NCBI GenBank assembly: GCA_009914755.4
Contig: CP068257.2
Span: 26,112,001-26,176,000, forward strand
From: the human T2T-CHM13v2.0 reference genome, Homo sapiens
Direction: 5' to 3'
Length of the DNA stretch: 64,000 bases
In this document: one piece after another, positions 37,197-51,957 of the stretch
How the letters are laid out: each line of letters opens with the position of its first letter
Numbering within the stretch: position 1 is the stretch's first letter
Notes under the pieces: generated by a model
Told to the model about the DNA's origin: nothing
The model's database searches: none
The model's input: only the letters and a program-made list of their open reading frames with translations
Position numbers and translations under genes: made by a program

Positions 37197-37404
37197 GTAG
37201 AAAATCCTGATTATTGACAATGGAAAACTACCTAGAAAATTAGGAAAAATCTATCTAGGCATTTACATAACAGAAAGTCATGTCCTTTTTCAAGCCAGTA
37301 CTTTACAAGGAATACCTTAAATTTATCCAAACTCATACAGTCCCAAACTAAAAGTCATGACTCAGGGTTCTAGTGCTGACTCTACTATCGAGGTGGCTGA
37401 CATA

Positions 37405-37810
37405 GTTTGTATGTTTGTCATCTCCAGCTTTCCTGTTGAGATGTGATCCCCAGTGTTGGAGGTGGGACCTAGTGGGAGGTGTTTTTGTCATGGGGGTGGA
37501 TATGCCATGAATGGCTTGGTATTGTCCCTTAGTAATGAGTAAATTCTCCCTCTATCAATTTCCATGAGATCTTGTGGTTAAGAGAGAGGCACCTTCTTCC
37601 CCTTTTTTGCTGTCTCTCAGTATGTTACAAGCAAGCTTCGCTTGGCTTCCACTATGAGTAAATGCTTCCTGAGGTCCTGACCAGAATCAGATGTTGGTGC
37701 CATGCTTCTTGTACAGCCTGCAAAACCATAAGCCAAATAAACCTCTTTTTCGTTATAAATTACCCAGCCTCAGGTATTTCTTCATAGCAAAGGGAAATGA
37801 ACTAATACAG
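37405..37810 (+). mobile_element. MaLR solo LTR (MST-like), plus orientation
   Basis: ..ccccagtgttggaggtgggacctagtgggaggtgtttttgtcatgggggtggat...atcagatgttggtgccatgcttcttgtacagcctgcaaaaccataagccaaataaacctctttttcgttataaattacccagcctcaggtatttcttcatagcaaagggaaatgaactaataca. Confidence 0.8.
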
Positions 37811-40577
37811 TGGCCATAGCCAAGTATATTGATCAGATTCCATTTAACTATTAATAAATTGTTTGACCAATAAATTATCAGATATATACCATGGGCCAGT
37901 AAATGGATATCTTGCTATAGATTGGGCATTCTATACACTTAATTAAGCAAGGACCATGCTCTTCATATGATAAATTCCTACACTCAATGTTTAGTCCCCT
38001 TGGGCAAAATGAGATACAGAATATAAGCTGTAATAGGAAGAACTACATGGTATATGTTCACATGGACTTTGGAGTCAGGTGAGTCATACTGTTTGTCCCA
38101 ACTTACTCTCTTTTAATTGTGCAATAGGAAAGTCCCTTTATATTTTTTTGCAGAAAATTTTGTTATGTTTAAATGTGAATAATTGTATCTATTTCATATT
38201 AGTCTTTTACATAATAAATATATGCAGAACACTTATAGTGCCAGAGAAAATAAATACCCAATGTATGGTATAGCTACAGCCCTGATCCCATTCCTCCTGA
38301 GACCTCCCAACAGGGATCTCCAGCCATCTAATCCAGGCACATTCAGGTCAGCAACAGATCAGTACCCCTCTGGGACAGAGAGCTTCCAGAGGAAGGAGTA
38401 GGCTGCCATATTTGCCATTTCACAGCCTTCACTGGTGATACCTCCAGGTAGGGAAAAATTCGAGGCAACTAGGCTCTGGAGTGGACCTTCAGCAAACCAT
38501 AGCAGCCTTATAGAAGAGTGGCCTGACTGTTAAAAGAAAAACAAACAAACAGAAAACAAAAACAGCATCAACAAAAAATACTCCACAAAAACCCTATTCA
38601 AAGGTCAGTAACCTCAAAGATCAAAGGTAAGTAAGTCCACAAAGATGAGAAAGAATCAACACAAAACAACAAAAACTCAAAAAGCCAGAATGCCTTTTAT
38701 CCTCTAAATGCCTACAACACCTCTTCAGCAAAAATACAGAATTGGGCAGAGGCTGAGATAGCTGAATTGACAGAATTAGGCTTCTGAAGGTGGGTAATAA
38801 CAAAGTTCACTGAGCTAAAGGAGCATGTTGTAATCCAATACAAAGAAGCTAAGAATCATAATAAAACAATACAGGAGCAGATAGCCATAATAGCCAGTTT
38901 AAAGAGGGACATAACCAACCTGATGGAGATGAAAAACACAACATGGGAAATTCACAATTCAATCACAAGTATCAATAGCAGATTAGAACAAGCAGAGGAA
39001 AGAATCTCAGAGCTTGAAGACCATCTTTCTGAAATAAGGCAGGCAGACAAGAATAAAGGAAAAAAGAATGAAAAGGAATAAACGAAACTTCTGAGATACA
39101 TGGAATTATGTAAAACGACTGAACCTATGACTGATTGGGGTACCTGAAAGAGAGGGAAAGAACAGAACCAAGTGGGAAAACATACTTCAAAATATCATCC
39201 AGAAGAACTTCCCCAACCTGGCAAGACAGGCTAACATTCAAATTCACGAAATCCAAAGAACCCCAGTAAGATACTCCATGAGAAGATCAACCCCAAGAGA
39301 CATAATCTTCAGATTCTCCAAGGTCGAAATGAAAGAAAAGGTATTACAGGCAGCCAGAGAGAAAGAACAGGTCACCTATAAAGGGAAGCTCATCAGACTA
39401 ACAGTGGACCTCTCAGCAGAAACCCTATGAGCCAGAAGAGAATGGGGGCCAATATTCAACATTCTTTAAAAAAAAAATGTCCAAATCAGAATTCATATCC
39501 AGCCAACCTAAGATGCATAAATGAAGAAAAAAATAAGATCCTTTTCAGGCAAGCAAATACTGAGGGAACTTGTCACCATCAAGCCTGCCTTGTAAGAGCT
39601 CCTGAAGGAAGCACAAAATATGGAAAGGAAAAACCATTACCAGCCACTAAAAAACACACTGAAGCACACAGACCACTGACACTATGAAGCAACCACATAA
39701 ACAAGTCTGCAAAATAACCAGCTAGCATCATGATGACAAGATCAAACTCACACATAACAATATTCACCTTAAATGGGCTGAATGCTCCAATTTAAAGACA
39801 CTGAATGGCAAGCTGGATAAAGAGCCAGACCCATGGGTATGCTGTCTTCAAAAGACCCATCTCATGTGCAAAGACACACATGGGCTCAAAATAAAGGGAT
39901 AGAAGCAAATTAACCAAGCAAATGGAAAACAGAAAAAAAGTAGGAGTTGCAGTCCTAGTTTCTAACAAAACAGACTTTAAACCAACAAAGATCAAAAAAG
40001 ACAAAGAACGGCATTAAATAATGGTAAAGGCTTCAATTCAACAAGAAGAGCTAACTATCATAAATATATGTGCACCTAATACAGGAACATGCCGATTCAC
40101 AAAGCAAGTTATTAGAGACATACAAGAGACTTAGATTTCCACAAAATAATAGTGGGAGACTTTAACACCCCACTGACAATATTAGACAGATCATTGAGAG
40201 ACAGAATTAACAAGTCATTCAGGACCTGAACTAAATTCTGGATCAAGTGGATCTGATAGATATCTACAGAACTCTCCACCGCAAAACAACAGAATATACA
40301 TGCTTCTCATTGCCACATATCACTTACTCTAAAATTGAACACATAGTAGGAAGTAAAATATGCTTCAGAAAAAGCAAAGGAACTGAAATAATAACAAACA
40401 GTCTCTCAGACCACAGCACAATCAAATTATAACTCAAGATTAAGAAATTCACCCAAAACCACATGACAACATGGAAACAGAACAACCTGCTCCTGAATGA
40501 CCCTTGGGTAAATAATGACATTAAGGCAGAAATCAAGAAGTTATTTGAAACTAATGATAACAATAATACAACATACC

Positions 40578-41030
40578 TGTATTAGTCAGGGTTCTCTAGA
40601 GGGGCAGAGCTAATAGGATTAATGTATATATAAAGGTGAGTTTATTAAGGAACATTGACTCACATGATCACAAGGTGAGGTCCCACAATAGGCTGTCTGT
40701 AAGCTGAGAATCAAGGAAGCCAGTCTGAGTCCCAAAGGTGAAGAACTTTGAGTCTCATGTTCGAAGACAGGAAGCATCCACACAGGAGAAAGATGAAGGC
40801 CAGAAGATTAAACCAGTCTAGTCTTTTCATGTTATTCTGCCTGCTTTTATTCTGGCCACACTGACAGCTGATTACACTGTGCCCACCCAGATTGAGGGTG
40901 GGTCTGTCTTTCCAAGTCCACTGACTTAAATGTTAAACTCCTTTGGCAACATCCTCAGAGACACATCCAGGAACAATACTTTGCCTCTTTCAATCCAATC
41001 AAGTTAACACTCAATATTAACCATCACTGT
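40578..41030 (+). mobile_element. ERVL/MaLR-class solo LTR nested in L1 ORF2. Same family as 17786-18236 and 56200-56696.
   Basis: Starts tgtattagtcagggttctctagaggggcagagctaataggattaatgtatatataaagg and ends ..atccaatcaagttaacactcaatattaaccatcactgt. The L1 sequence caataatacaacatacc|...|accagaatctctggg is exactly continuous across the insert. Confidence 0.65.
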
Positions 41031-41123
41031 ACCAGAATCTCTGGGATGCAGCTAAAGCAGTGTTAAAAGGGAAATTTACAGCACTAAATGCCTACATCAA
41101 AAAGCTAGAATGATCTCAAGTTA

Positions 41124-41609
<486 letters not shown>

Positions 41610-44477
41610 TCAAAAAAGTTAATAAACTAGATACACCACTAGCTAGACTAATAAAGTAGAAAAGAGAAAATAATTAAATAAACACAATAATAAATGATAA
41701 GGGGTCTATTACCACTGACTCCAGAGAAATACAAATAACCATCAGAAAATACTATAAACACCTCTTTGCAAATAAACTAGAAAATCTAGAAGAAATAGAA
41801 AAATTCCTGGACACATTCACCCTCTGAAGATCGAGCCAGGAAGAAACTGAATTCCTGAATTGATCAATAACAAGTTCTGAAATTGAAGCCATAATAAGTA
41901 GACGAACCAAAAAAGCCTAGGATGAGACTGATGCACAGCTGAATTCACCAGTGGCACAAAGAAGAGCTGGTACCTTGTATACTGAAACTATTTCAAAAAA
42001 TTGAAAAGGAGGGACTCCTGTCTAACTCATTCTATAAGGCCAACATCATCCTGATACCAAAGCCTGTCAGAGACACAAGAAAAAAAAAGAAAACTTCTGG
42101 CCAGTATCCCTGATGAACATCAATGCAAAAATCCTCAAAAAAATACTGGTAAACCAAATCCAGAAGTACATCAAAGAGCTTATCCACTATGATCAAGTTG
42201 GCTTTATCCCCAGGATGCAAGATTGGTTCAACATATGCAAATCAATAAATGTGATTCATCACATAAACAGAACTAAAGATTAAAAACTACATTATTATCT
42301 CAATAGACGCAGAAGAGGGCTTTGAAAAATTCAACACTCCTTCATGTTAAAAACTCTCAATAAACTAGATATTAAAGGAATATACCTCAAAATAATAAGA
42401 GCCATATATGACAAACCCACAGCCAATATCATACCAAATGAGCAAAAGCAGGAAGCATTTCCCTTAAAAACTGGCACAAGAGAAGGATGCCCTCTCTCTC
42501 CACTTCTATTTTACATAGTATTGGAAGTTCTGGCCAGAGCAATCATGCAAGAGAAAGAAATAAAGGGAATTCATTTAGGAAGAGAGGAAGTCAAACTGTC
42601 TCTGTTTGCAGATGACATGATCCTATATGTAGAAAATCCCATTGTCTTAGCCCAAAAGCTTCTTAAGCTGATAAGCAACATCAGCAAAGTCTCGGGATAC
42701 AAAATCAATTTGCAAAAATTGTTAGCATTTCTATACACCAACAACAGGCAAGCAGAGAGCCAAATCATGAATGAACTCCCATTCACAATTACCACAAAGA
42801 GAATAAAATACCTAGGAATACAACTAAGAAGAGAAGTGAAGGAACTTTTCAATGAGAACTATAAACCATTGCTCAAAGAAATCAGAGAAGACACAAACAA
42901 ATGGAAAAATATTCCATGCTCATGGATAGGAAGAATAAATATCGTGAAAATGGCCACACTGTCCAAAGTAATTTATAGATTAAATGCTATTTCCATTAAA
43001 CTACAATTGACATTCTTCACAGAATTAGAAAAAAAAATTTGTAAAATTTGTACGGAACCATAGAAGAGCCGAAATAGCCAAGACAATCTTAAGCAAAAAG
43101 AACAAAGCTAGAAACATCCTGCTATCCAACTTCAAACTATACTACTAGGCTACAGTAACCAAAACAGCATAGTACTGGTACAAGAAAAGACACATAGACC
43201 AATGAAACAGCAATGGGGAAACAATTTCTTATTTGATAAATGGTGCTGAGAGAACTGGCTAGCCATATGCAGAAAATTGAAACTGGACCGCTTCCTTACA
43301 CCATATGAACTAAAGATGATTAAAGACTTAAATATAAAACTCAAAAGTATAAAAACCCTGAAGAAGATCTAGACCATACCATTCAGAGCATAGGCACGGG
43401 CAAAGATTTCATGATGAAAACTCCACAAGAAATTGCAACAAATGCAAAAATTGACAAATGGGATCTAATTAAACTAAAGACCATCCACACAGCAAAAGAA
43501 ACTATCATCAGGGTGAACAGACAACCTACAGAATGAGAGAAAATTTTTGTAATCTGTCTATCTGACAAAGGTCTAATATACAGAGTCTACAGGAAACTTA
43601 AACAAATGTACAAGAAAAAAACAAACAAACCCATTAAAAAGTGGGCAAATGATATGGACAGACATACATGTGGCCAACAAACATATGAAAAAAAGCTCAA
43701 CATCACTGACCATTAGAGATATGCAAATCAAAACCACAGGGAGATACCATCTCACACAAGTTAGAATGGCCATTATTAAAAGTCAAGAAACAACAGACGC
43801 TGGCAAGGTTGCAGAGGAAAAGGAACACTTTTACACTGATGGTAGGAGCACACATTAGTTCAAACCATTGTGGAAGATAGTGTGGCAATTCCTTAAAGTC
43901 CTAGATGCAGAAATACCATTTGACCCAGCAATCCCATTATTGGGTATATACCCAAAGGGATATAAATCATTGTATTATAAAGACACAGGCACATGTATGT
44001 CCATTGAGCACTATTCACAATAGCAAAGACATGGAATCAACCTAAATGCCCATCAATGATAGACTCGATAAAGAAAATGTGGTACAATGCACCGTGGAAC
44101 ACTTTGCAGCCATAAAAAGAATGAGATAAAGAGATCATATTCTTTGCATGAACATGCATGGTGTTGGAAGCCATTATCCTCAAAAAACTAACGCAGGAAC
44201 AGAAAACCAAACTTTGTATGTTTGCACTTATAAGTGCGAGCTGAATGATGAGAACACACAGACACATGGGTGGTGGGGACAACACACACTGGGGCCTGTC
44301 AGAGGGTGGGAATGGGGGTAGGGAGAGCATCAGGAAGAATAGCTAATGGATGCTGGTCTTAACACCTAGGTGATGGAATGAACTGTGCGGCAAATCACCA
44401 AGGCACACCTACACCTATGTAACAAACCTGCACATCCTGCACATGCACCCCTGAACTTAAAATAATAGTTGAAAAAG

Positions 44478-44487
<10 letters not shown>

Positions 44488-44508
<21 letters not shown>

Positions 44509-44513
44509 AATAG
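44488..44513. repeat. (TA)n microsatellite abutting the L1 3' end
   Basis: tatatatatatatatatatatatata. Confidence 0.95.
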
Positions 44514-47442
44514 TCATTATTATATTGATTATATATTATATTGTCCTAATCAAATATAGGTAGAGATACAGATAGTACAGGCTTAAAACAGCACAAATAT
44601 ATTTCTTGAATTTTCCTAAAATATCAAATTTCCTGTCCATAGTATTATTTTTATGATCGGAAGTCTAGGCCAAAACTGATTGTTTTTAACCATATAGGTC
44701 CTAGTAAATACACATTTTTTAAAAAATCTGTACTCTCCTACAATCCCAGTTGCCTCCAGACACTTAGGTTATATGATCTGGAGCAATTATCCCATAAGCT
44801 GTAGTAAATTATCACACTTAAACATGAAAAGTTCAACTCCTCTAGGGAATGGTGTATGTATAACCTGGTCTTTGGAAGTTTCCCATTCAATTTAGCACTA
44901 AGCTAGTTCTCTAGCTTCTAGTACATTATGAAAACACTGCATGAGTTATGTAACACATCCTTTGACTATTTGTAGTTAAAAAAATTCTTCAACACTTTAT
45001 TCAAACCAGGTCACAAGTCTCATTATTCTGGCCAAACTCCAAATTAAATAATGACATTCTCTTCTACATATCAACCCTTCTTTCACAGAAGAGAAAAATA
45101 GTAACTTCAATCCACAGTCTCACGGGATTTTAGAAAGCAATTATATGTCCAAATACAAGTCAAAAGTAGAAACTAGATTCACAACCCAAAAACATCTCAC
45201 AAGGTAAGGAATAACTATGTGTGCAAATAGAGGAGCAAATCGCATTTGGAACTTTAATTAACCACATGATCTGAGAGCTGGCATTCAGAAGTTATTAAAG
45301 GAAAGGAATATATAATATAAGGAGTTTCCAAAAGAGTGTCTTATGTCATGGAAAGGTGTTAAGGACTCTTATTCAAAGGATTTTTCCATTGACTAAAGGG
45401 AAAGGTTTGCCCTGAGTAATGTGCTCATGACGAGAAATTTAATAACAAGGATGAAACCATTTTACCAGGAATGATTCAGGAATACAATGCCTTAGGTACT
45501 TAAGTAGTTGTAATTGATACCAACCAAAAATGACCACATTTCCTCACATATGTCTTTAGTTACATCCCACATTTCTGATGAAAACAAGGTTGCTAGCTGG
45601 TCCCTAATGGTGTCATTTTTTGTGTCATTAACTTAATTTGCTTTTTATTAAGTTCTAGTCCTGATCAATTATAATAGATTCTAGGAAACAACTCAAATAA
45701 TGTTTCTGGTAAATAAAATGCTCCCATCACTAAATAAGAATGACTAATGATACAACAAAAAAGGAAATGCCTCAGACTCTTACGGAAACAAATTATCCTC
45801 CTTTTCTCCTTGAATAAGTTTGTATCTACTCTTTTAGGGGACAAGTATATGGAAAAAGTCAATAAACAGAAACCGTCGGAACTTGCCTAATGACATTACC
45901 AACATGTTCAAAAAAAGTAGATTCTTGAGAATTTTATAATAAAACGTAACAGATTTATTATTCCATTTTTACTCTTTACAAAACAGGTGCACTAACCACA
46001 ATTGGCTTTAATAATGAAAGTATTTCAAATATCGTATTCAACAATGAAATCACAACTCCCATAAACCGTGCTTTCAATCCCTGGTGCTTCTTTAAACTCT
46101 GAAGAACTTTAAAATTTGAAAATAAAAAATAAATAAAATGAATTTTTCGTTTTAAAATTTTAAAACAACTTAAAAAAATTCCAATACCTGGAATATAAAG
46201 TTAGAATATGGAAATAAAGGCCTGGCCATCAGCTAGTTTTTAAAACTCCTGAGTGTGCATGTTAGATTGAGAACTACTGCTCTAAGGAATGTTTTACATT
46301 TCAAATATTCAGACAGAGGCCAAGTTCCTGTTCTAACAATTTAATTAATTGTTATGAAATGGTGAGGGGGTTCACACTCTTGAATACTACTTTGTGAACA
46401 AGGATCTCTCCCACACCTTCCCAGTGACAGTTGCTAATAACGTCTTTGAAGTTAAGTCTGCATGAAAGGGCAATGTAAAAATCCTTTTTATAACTGGAAA
46501 TGAATCAGACAAGCTTCTCAGCTACTCCCTAACCAAATTCCAGTAAATCTTATATTATTTGGCCCATTTTCCCTAACTCCTGTTGCGATTTAATTCTGCT
46601 TCAGTCCTATCCAAATTACCACTCTCAAAAGATTTTGCTTAGCAAATAACTTTTTAAGCTATATTATCAGTTCTTGTCAAAATTGCATGTTGGAGCCTGG
46701 AAAATATCATTTTAATACTAAAAATCCCTCTAGTAACTCAATTACTTCGGGATTTTGTCATGTGTGTGAAAAGAGTATTTAGTTCCAAAAATAGAGAGAC
46801 TTCTAAGGTAGGGCAATTTTGTTAGGTGGTTTTTTTTTTTCTTTTTCTTTTTTAGGTGAGTATTTTAATTTAAAGTTCAAAACAAGTTCAGCAGATTAGA
46901 ATCCCAGATTTTTTTTAGTGGGGGTATTATCCTCATTTTATTATTAAAGGGTGAAATTAAGCCATAGAATTTCTTCTTAGGAAGCTCCCTCCTAGGTAAT
47001 GCAGCTATCAAGCTATGGACAAACCATTTCACATGGTTATTTCTTTAACAGTATAAAGTACACAAGTGATTCAGCTGGGGCTTTATTCTTGCCTGCGTTT
47101 CTAGAATGCTTCTAACCTAAGGCAGCATTTAAGGTGTTTTATCCCAACATCTGGAAGTCATCATCTAAACACTCATACCATTACCCCATGTCTAATCTTT
47201 TGTTCTGCTCCTTCATTTGTTTATGTAACAATTGCTTTTTAAGCATTTCTGCATGGCTGGCATTTAGGATACAATGAGAACAAAAACACAACAGGAAAAA
47301 TATCTGTCTCCACAGAGCTTGCATTCTTATGGGATAGACTGAAAATAAACACTGTAAGTTTCGGATACCAAATTATAAATGCTAAATGGAAAGTAGAATC
47401 AGTGAAGGGTGTAAAAAATTTTGGAGATAGACGTGAGTTTCA

Positions 47443-47826
<384 letters not shown>

Positions 47827-48141
47827 TTAAAGAGAATCGTAGGAAAAAAAACTGCACATGGTAGAGGAATAGTAAATGGATTTGAGGGAAAGCTATAAGG
47901 CCAGTGTTGCAAGAGATAAGTGCAGAGAGAAGTGGGGACGGATCTTGGAGGAACTTCTGGCTCAAAGTAAGAAATTTGTATGACAGGATAAATTCAATTG
48001 ATTGTTTGATAGTGGAGAAAGATGCTCTGATTTATGGTTTAGTAAGATCACTTTAGCTAATACATTAAGAAGAGAAAGTAGTGGTCATGTGCCTAAGTAG
48101 ACAGAAGAGTTAGGGAGATAGGAATACGAGGGCTGAGACGT

Positions 48142-48151
<10 letters not shown>

Positions 48152-48181
<30 letters not shown>
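48152..48181. repeat. (GT)n microsatellite
   Basis: gtgtgtgtgtgtgtgtgtgtgtgtgtgtgt. The ORF at 48140 (MVCVCVCV...) is an artefact of it. Confidence 0.95.
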
Positions 48182-48184
<3 letters not shown>

Positions 48185-48823
48185 AAACTGTTTCAAGAAG
48201 GTGTTTATAAAAAGTTTAATATAAATTCAGGAAACTGCCCAAATCATAAATGCTCAACCGGGAAGATTTTCCAAAGTGAATATAATATATGTGTATATCA
48301 ATCACCCAGAACCAAAAACTGTTACCAGCATCACCAAAACCTCTTCAGGCTTTTCTGTCAGTATCCCTACCCCACACTTCTGGCAAATATGACCATTTTC
48401 TTGACTTTTTATGTTATTATATTAGTTTTGAATGTTTTCAAAATTTATGCAAATGAAAGAATACTCTACTAAATAGTTTTGTGTCTGGGATTTTTTTTTC
48501 TCAAATTATGTTTGGAGAGTATCTTTCTTATTCTATGAAATAATAGTTGGTTAAGGCAGTCATCATAATCTTTCAAAAGATTTATGTAATTAATGTTTGC
48601 TTATTACTCTTGTATCCAGTAGAAAGCTAACCTTACTAATTCTAATAATCTCTAGGTTGTTTTAGATTTTCTAGTTAAAACTGTATTTGCCTATAAAAGT
48701 GACAGCTTTTTTCTGTTTTCCATGTTTCTAACTTTATTTTTCTTTCTTCCTTGCCTTTTATAGGGCTTTCAATACAATCTTGTAAACAAGTTATTAAAGC
48801 AGACATCCTAGGATCATTTCTAA

Positions 48824-49466
<643 letters not shown>

Positions 49467-51657
49467 GTCCCTGGCCTATACTAGTTTATTTTTAAATACC
49501 ATACGTCAAATTAAAAATGTTCTCTTCTATTCTAAGTTTATGAGGTTTACAATAAATAGAATAAAATTTTATTGAGTATTTTTCTGCTGTTTTACTCATT
49601 CTCTTGCCACTTTTGGTAAGTTATGGTTTTCTAGGCACCTCCTTATTTCATCTAAAATTTCAAATTTATTTACATAATTTTATTGGCATAAATAACCTTT
49701 ATGGAATATCCAACTATTATAAAATAAGTCTTTGTATATAGACTTGTGTTCTTGAGTAGGCTTCCTGGATATTCATGGGTAAATTACTATATAACTCAAG
49801 ATTCTGCATATGGTTCTGCAGGCTGAGCATTGTACAAACCTAGGGAATGGTATTAACTATGGACTGTGTTGTGTGTGGTGGTGCTGGAATGGGGCTACCA
49901 GTTTTGATGGACAGGGTTAAGGTAAAAACTGCCCTTGCTCATGCACATCATGCCCACAGGTGCATAAGGGCACTGCTGGGGCTAGGTACTCTCCACAGTA
50001 GGTAGGATAAGCAGAATGTGTTCCAGTGGGGTCATCCTCTGCAGCTTCTTCACCATGAGTGGATGGGCAAATTCCAGGCTATGGGCCGGCTTAATTATTT
50101 CAAACCTGGGTGGAAGGTATGATGCTCCATCACAGTCTCCAACCCATTTATTGCCAGAGAGACCAACAGAATGCAGGGTGTAAATATCATGAATACATCT
50201 TCCAGCATGACACTCATTTGGTATTGATTATTTATTTGTAAATACCACAGTATGTATTTATTATTTGTAAACACCTCTATATCCTGGAGAGAAACGCCTG
50301 TGAGTGGTAGGTTTCCACTACCAAACTTCACCTGGCATTTCATATGATAAAACTAGCACTCTAAAAACACAGTGTTATTCCTTTGACACACTATAATATT
50401 TAAAAATTGCTTACAAGGAAGCTAATCAAAAGAAAGATGTTCACGATGACTAAATGTGGTATGCCAATAAACATACTGTAAGAAGGTGTTTGGAAAAATA
50501 GGAGAAAGGGATTGAAGTTGTTTCTGCAAAATGTGAGCATATTAAGTAATCGTTTTATACAGAAAATGATTTACAAGCAATGCTAGTTGTGTAAAGATTG
50601 CAAAATGTTTCCACTTTATAACTGTCACCAAACAAGGGGGGAAGTTTCCTTTAAGTAAGAATTTGAATAGCTTTTTGACTTTAAAATTGAGAGTTCAGCA
50701 AAGGTATGTTTCTTTATGAAATCAGCAGACAATTATTGATCATCAACTGTGACGGAGAACACAACATTTGAAGTTTCTTGCTCTTCTACGATCTAGATGC
50801 TTTAGTTGACTGCAAAAGCCAACATAACAGCTGTTTTGTTTTTATTTCATTATTCACTGTGACCACTTCCAGAAGCATTAGCATGGCCAAAGTAAAATCG
50901 GAAAATCCCACTCTGGGAACGTGAAGATGGATGAAAAGGGATGACTTGGGTCATCCCGTTTTTACGTTTAAGCACGTCAAAAATTTATTCCTATGACGTT
51001 CTGCAAAATACCTGCCCAGTACCCTCTGAACTATAAAGGTCATCAGAAACAACAAAAATCTTAGAAACTGTCACAGCCAAGGGGATCCTAAGGAGATATG
51101 ACAACTAAGTATAATGTACTTTTCTGGATGAGATCCTGGAGCAGAAAAAAACAATGACTTAGGTAAAAACCGGAGAAATTATTCTGAATCAAATATGGGC
51201 TATAGTTACAAATAATGAATCAATATTGGTTCATTAATTATCATGAATGTAAATACTAATTTGTTAATAAAAGGGGAAACTGAGAGTGAGGGATATGAGA
51301 ATTCTCTGAAATATATCATAACCTTTCTGTAAATTTAAATTGATTTTAAAATTAAAAGCTTTTTTAAAAACAATAATTTATAAATGTGTTTTCACTGAAA
51401 AAAAGCTAAGTTTTTTTTTCTCAGCTTGTGCAACTTTATTATACATTTGTTTAATGCACTATCTGACTGCGATGATATATCTACCATATGGTCTCTCATT
51501 TTGTATATAGTATTTATAGAGCAATTCGTGGCTGTACAGTGAGATGTTTGGTTAGGATAATGTCTAAGATTAATCAGTAATTCTGATTAAGCCTCTACCA
51601 TGTGCAACAAAGTACATTCTAAATGCTTTGGTAAATACCCAGGTAAATGAGAAATGA

Positions 51658-51957
<300 letters not shown>

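Noticed and set aside
42344-43063. 239-aa ORF, the longest in the window, which could be read as a protein-coding gene
   Set aside because: Its translation (..[38 protein letters not shown]..) is an L1 ORF2 reverse-transcriptase fragment inside a degenerate L1. It is a mobile-element remnant, not a host gene.
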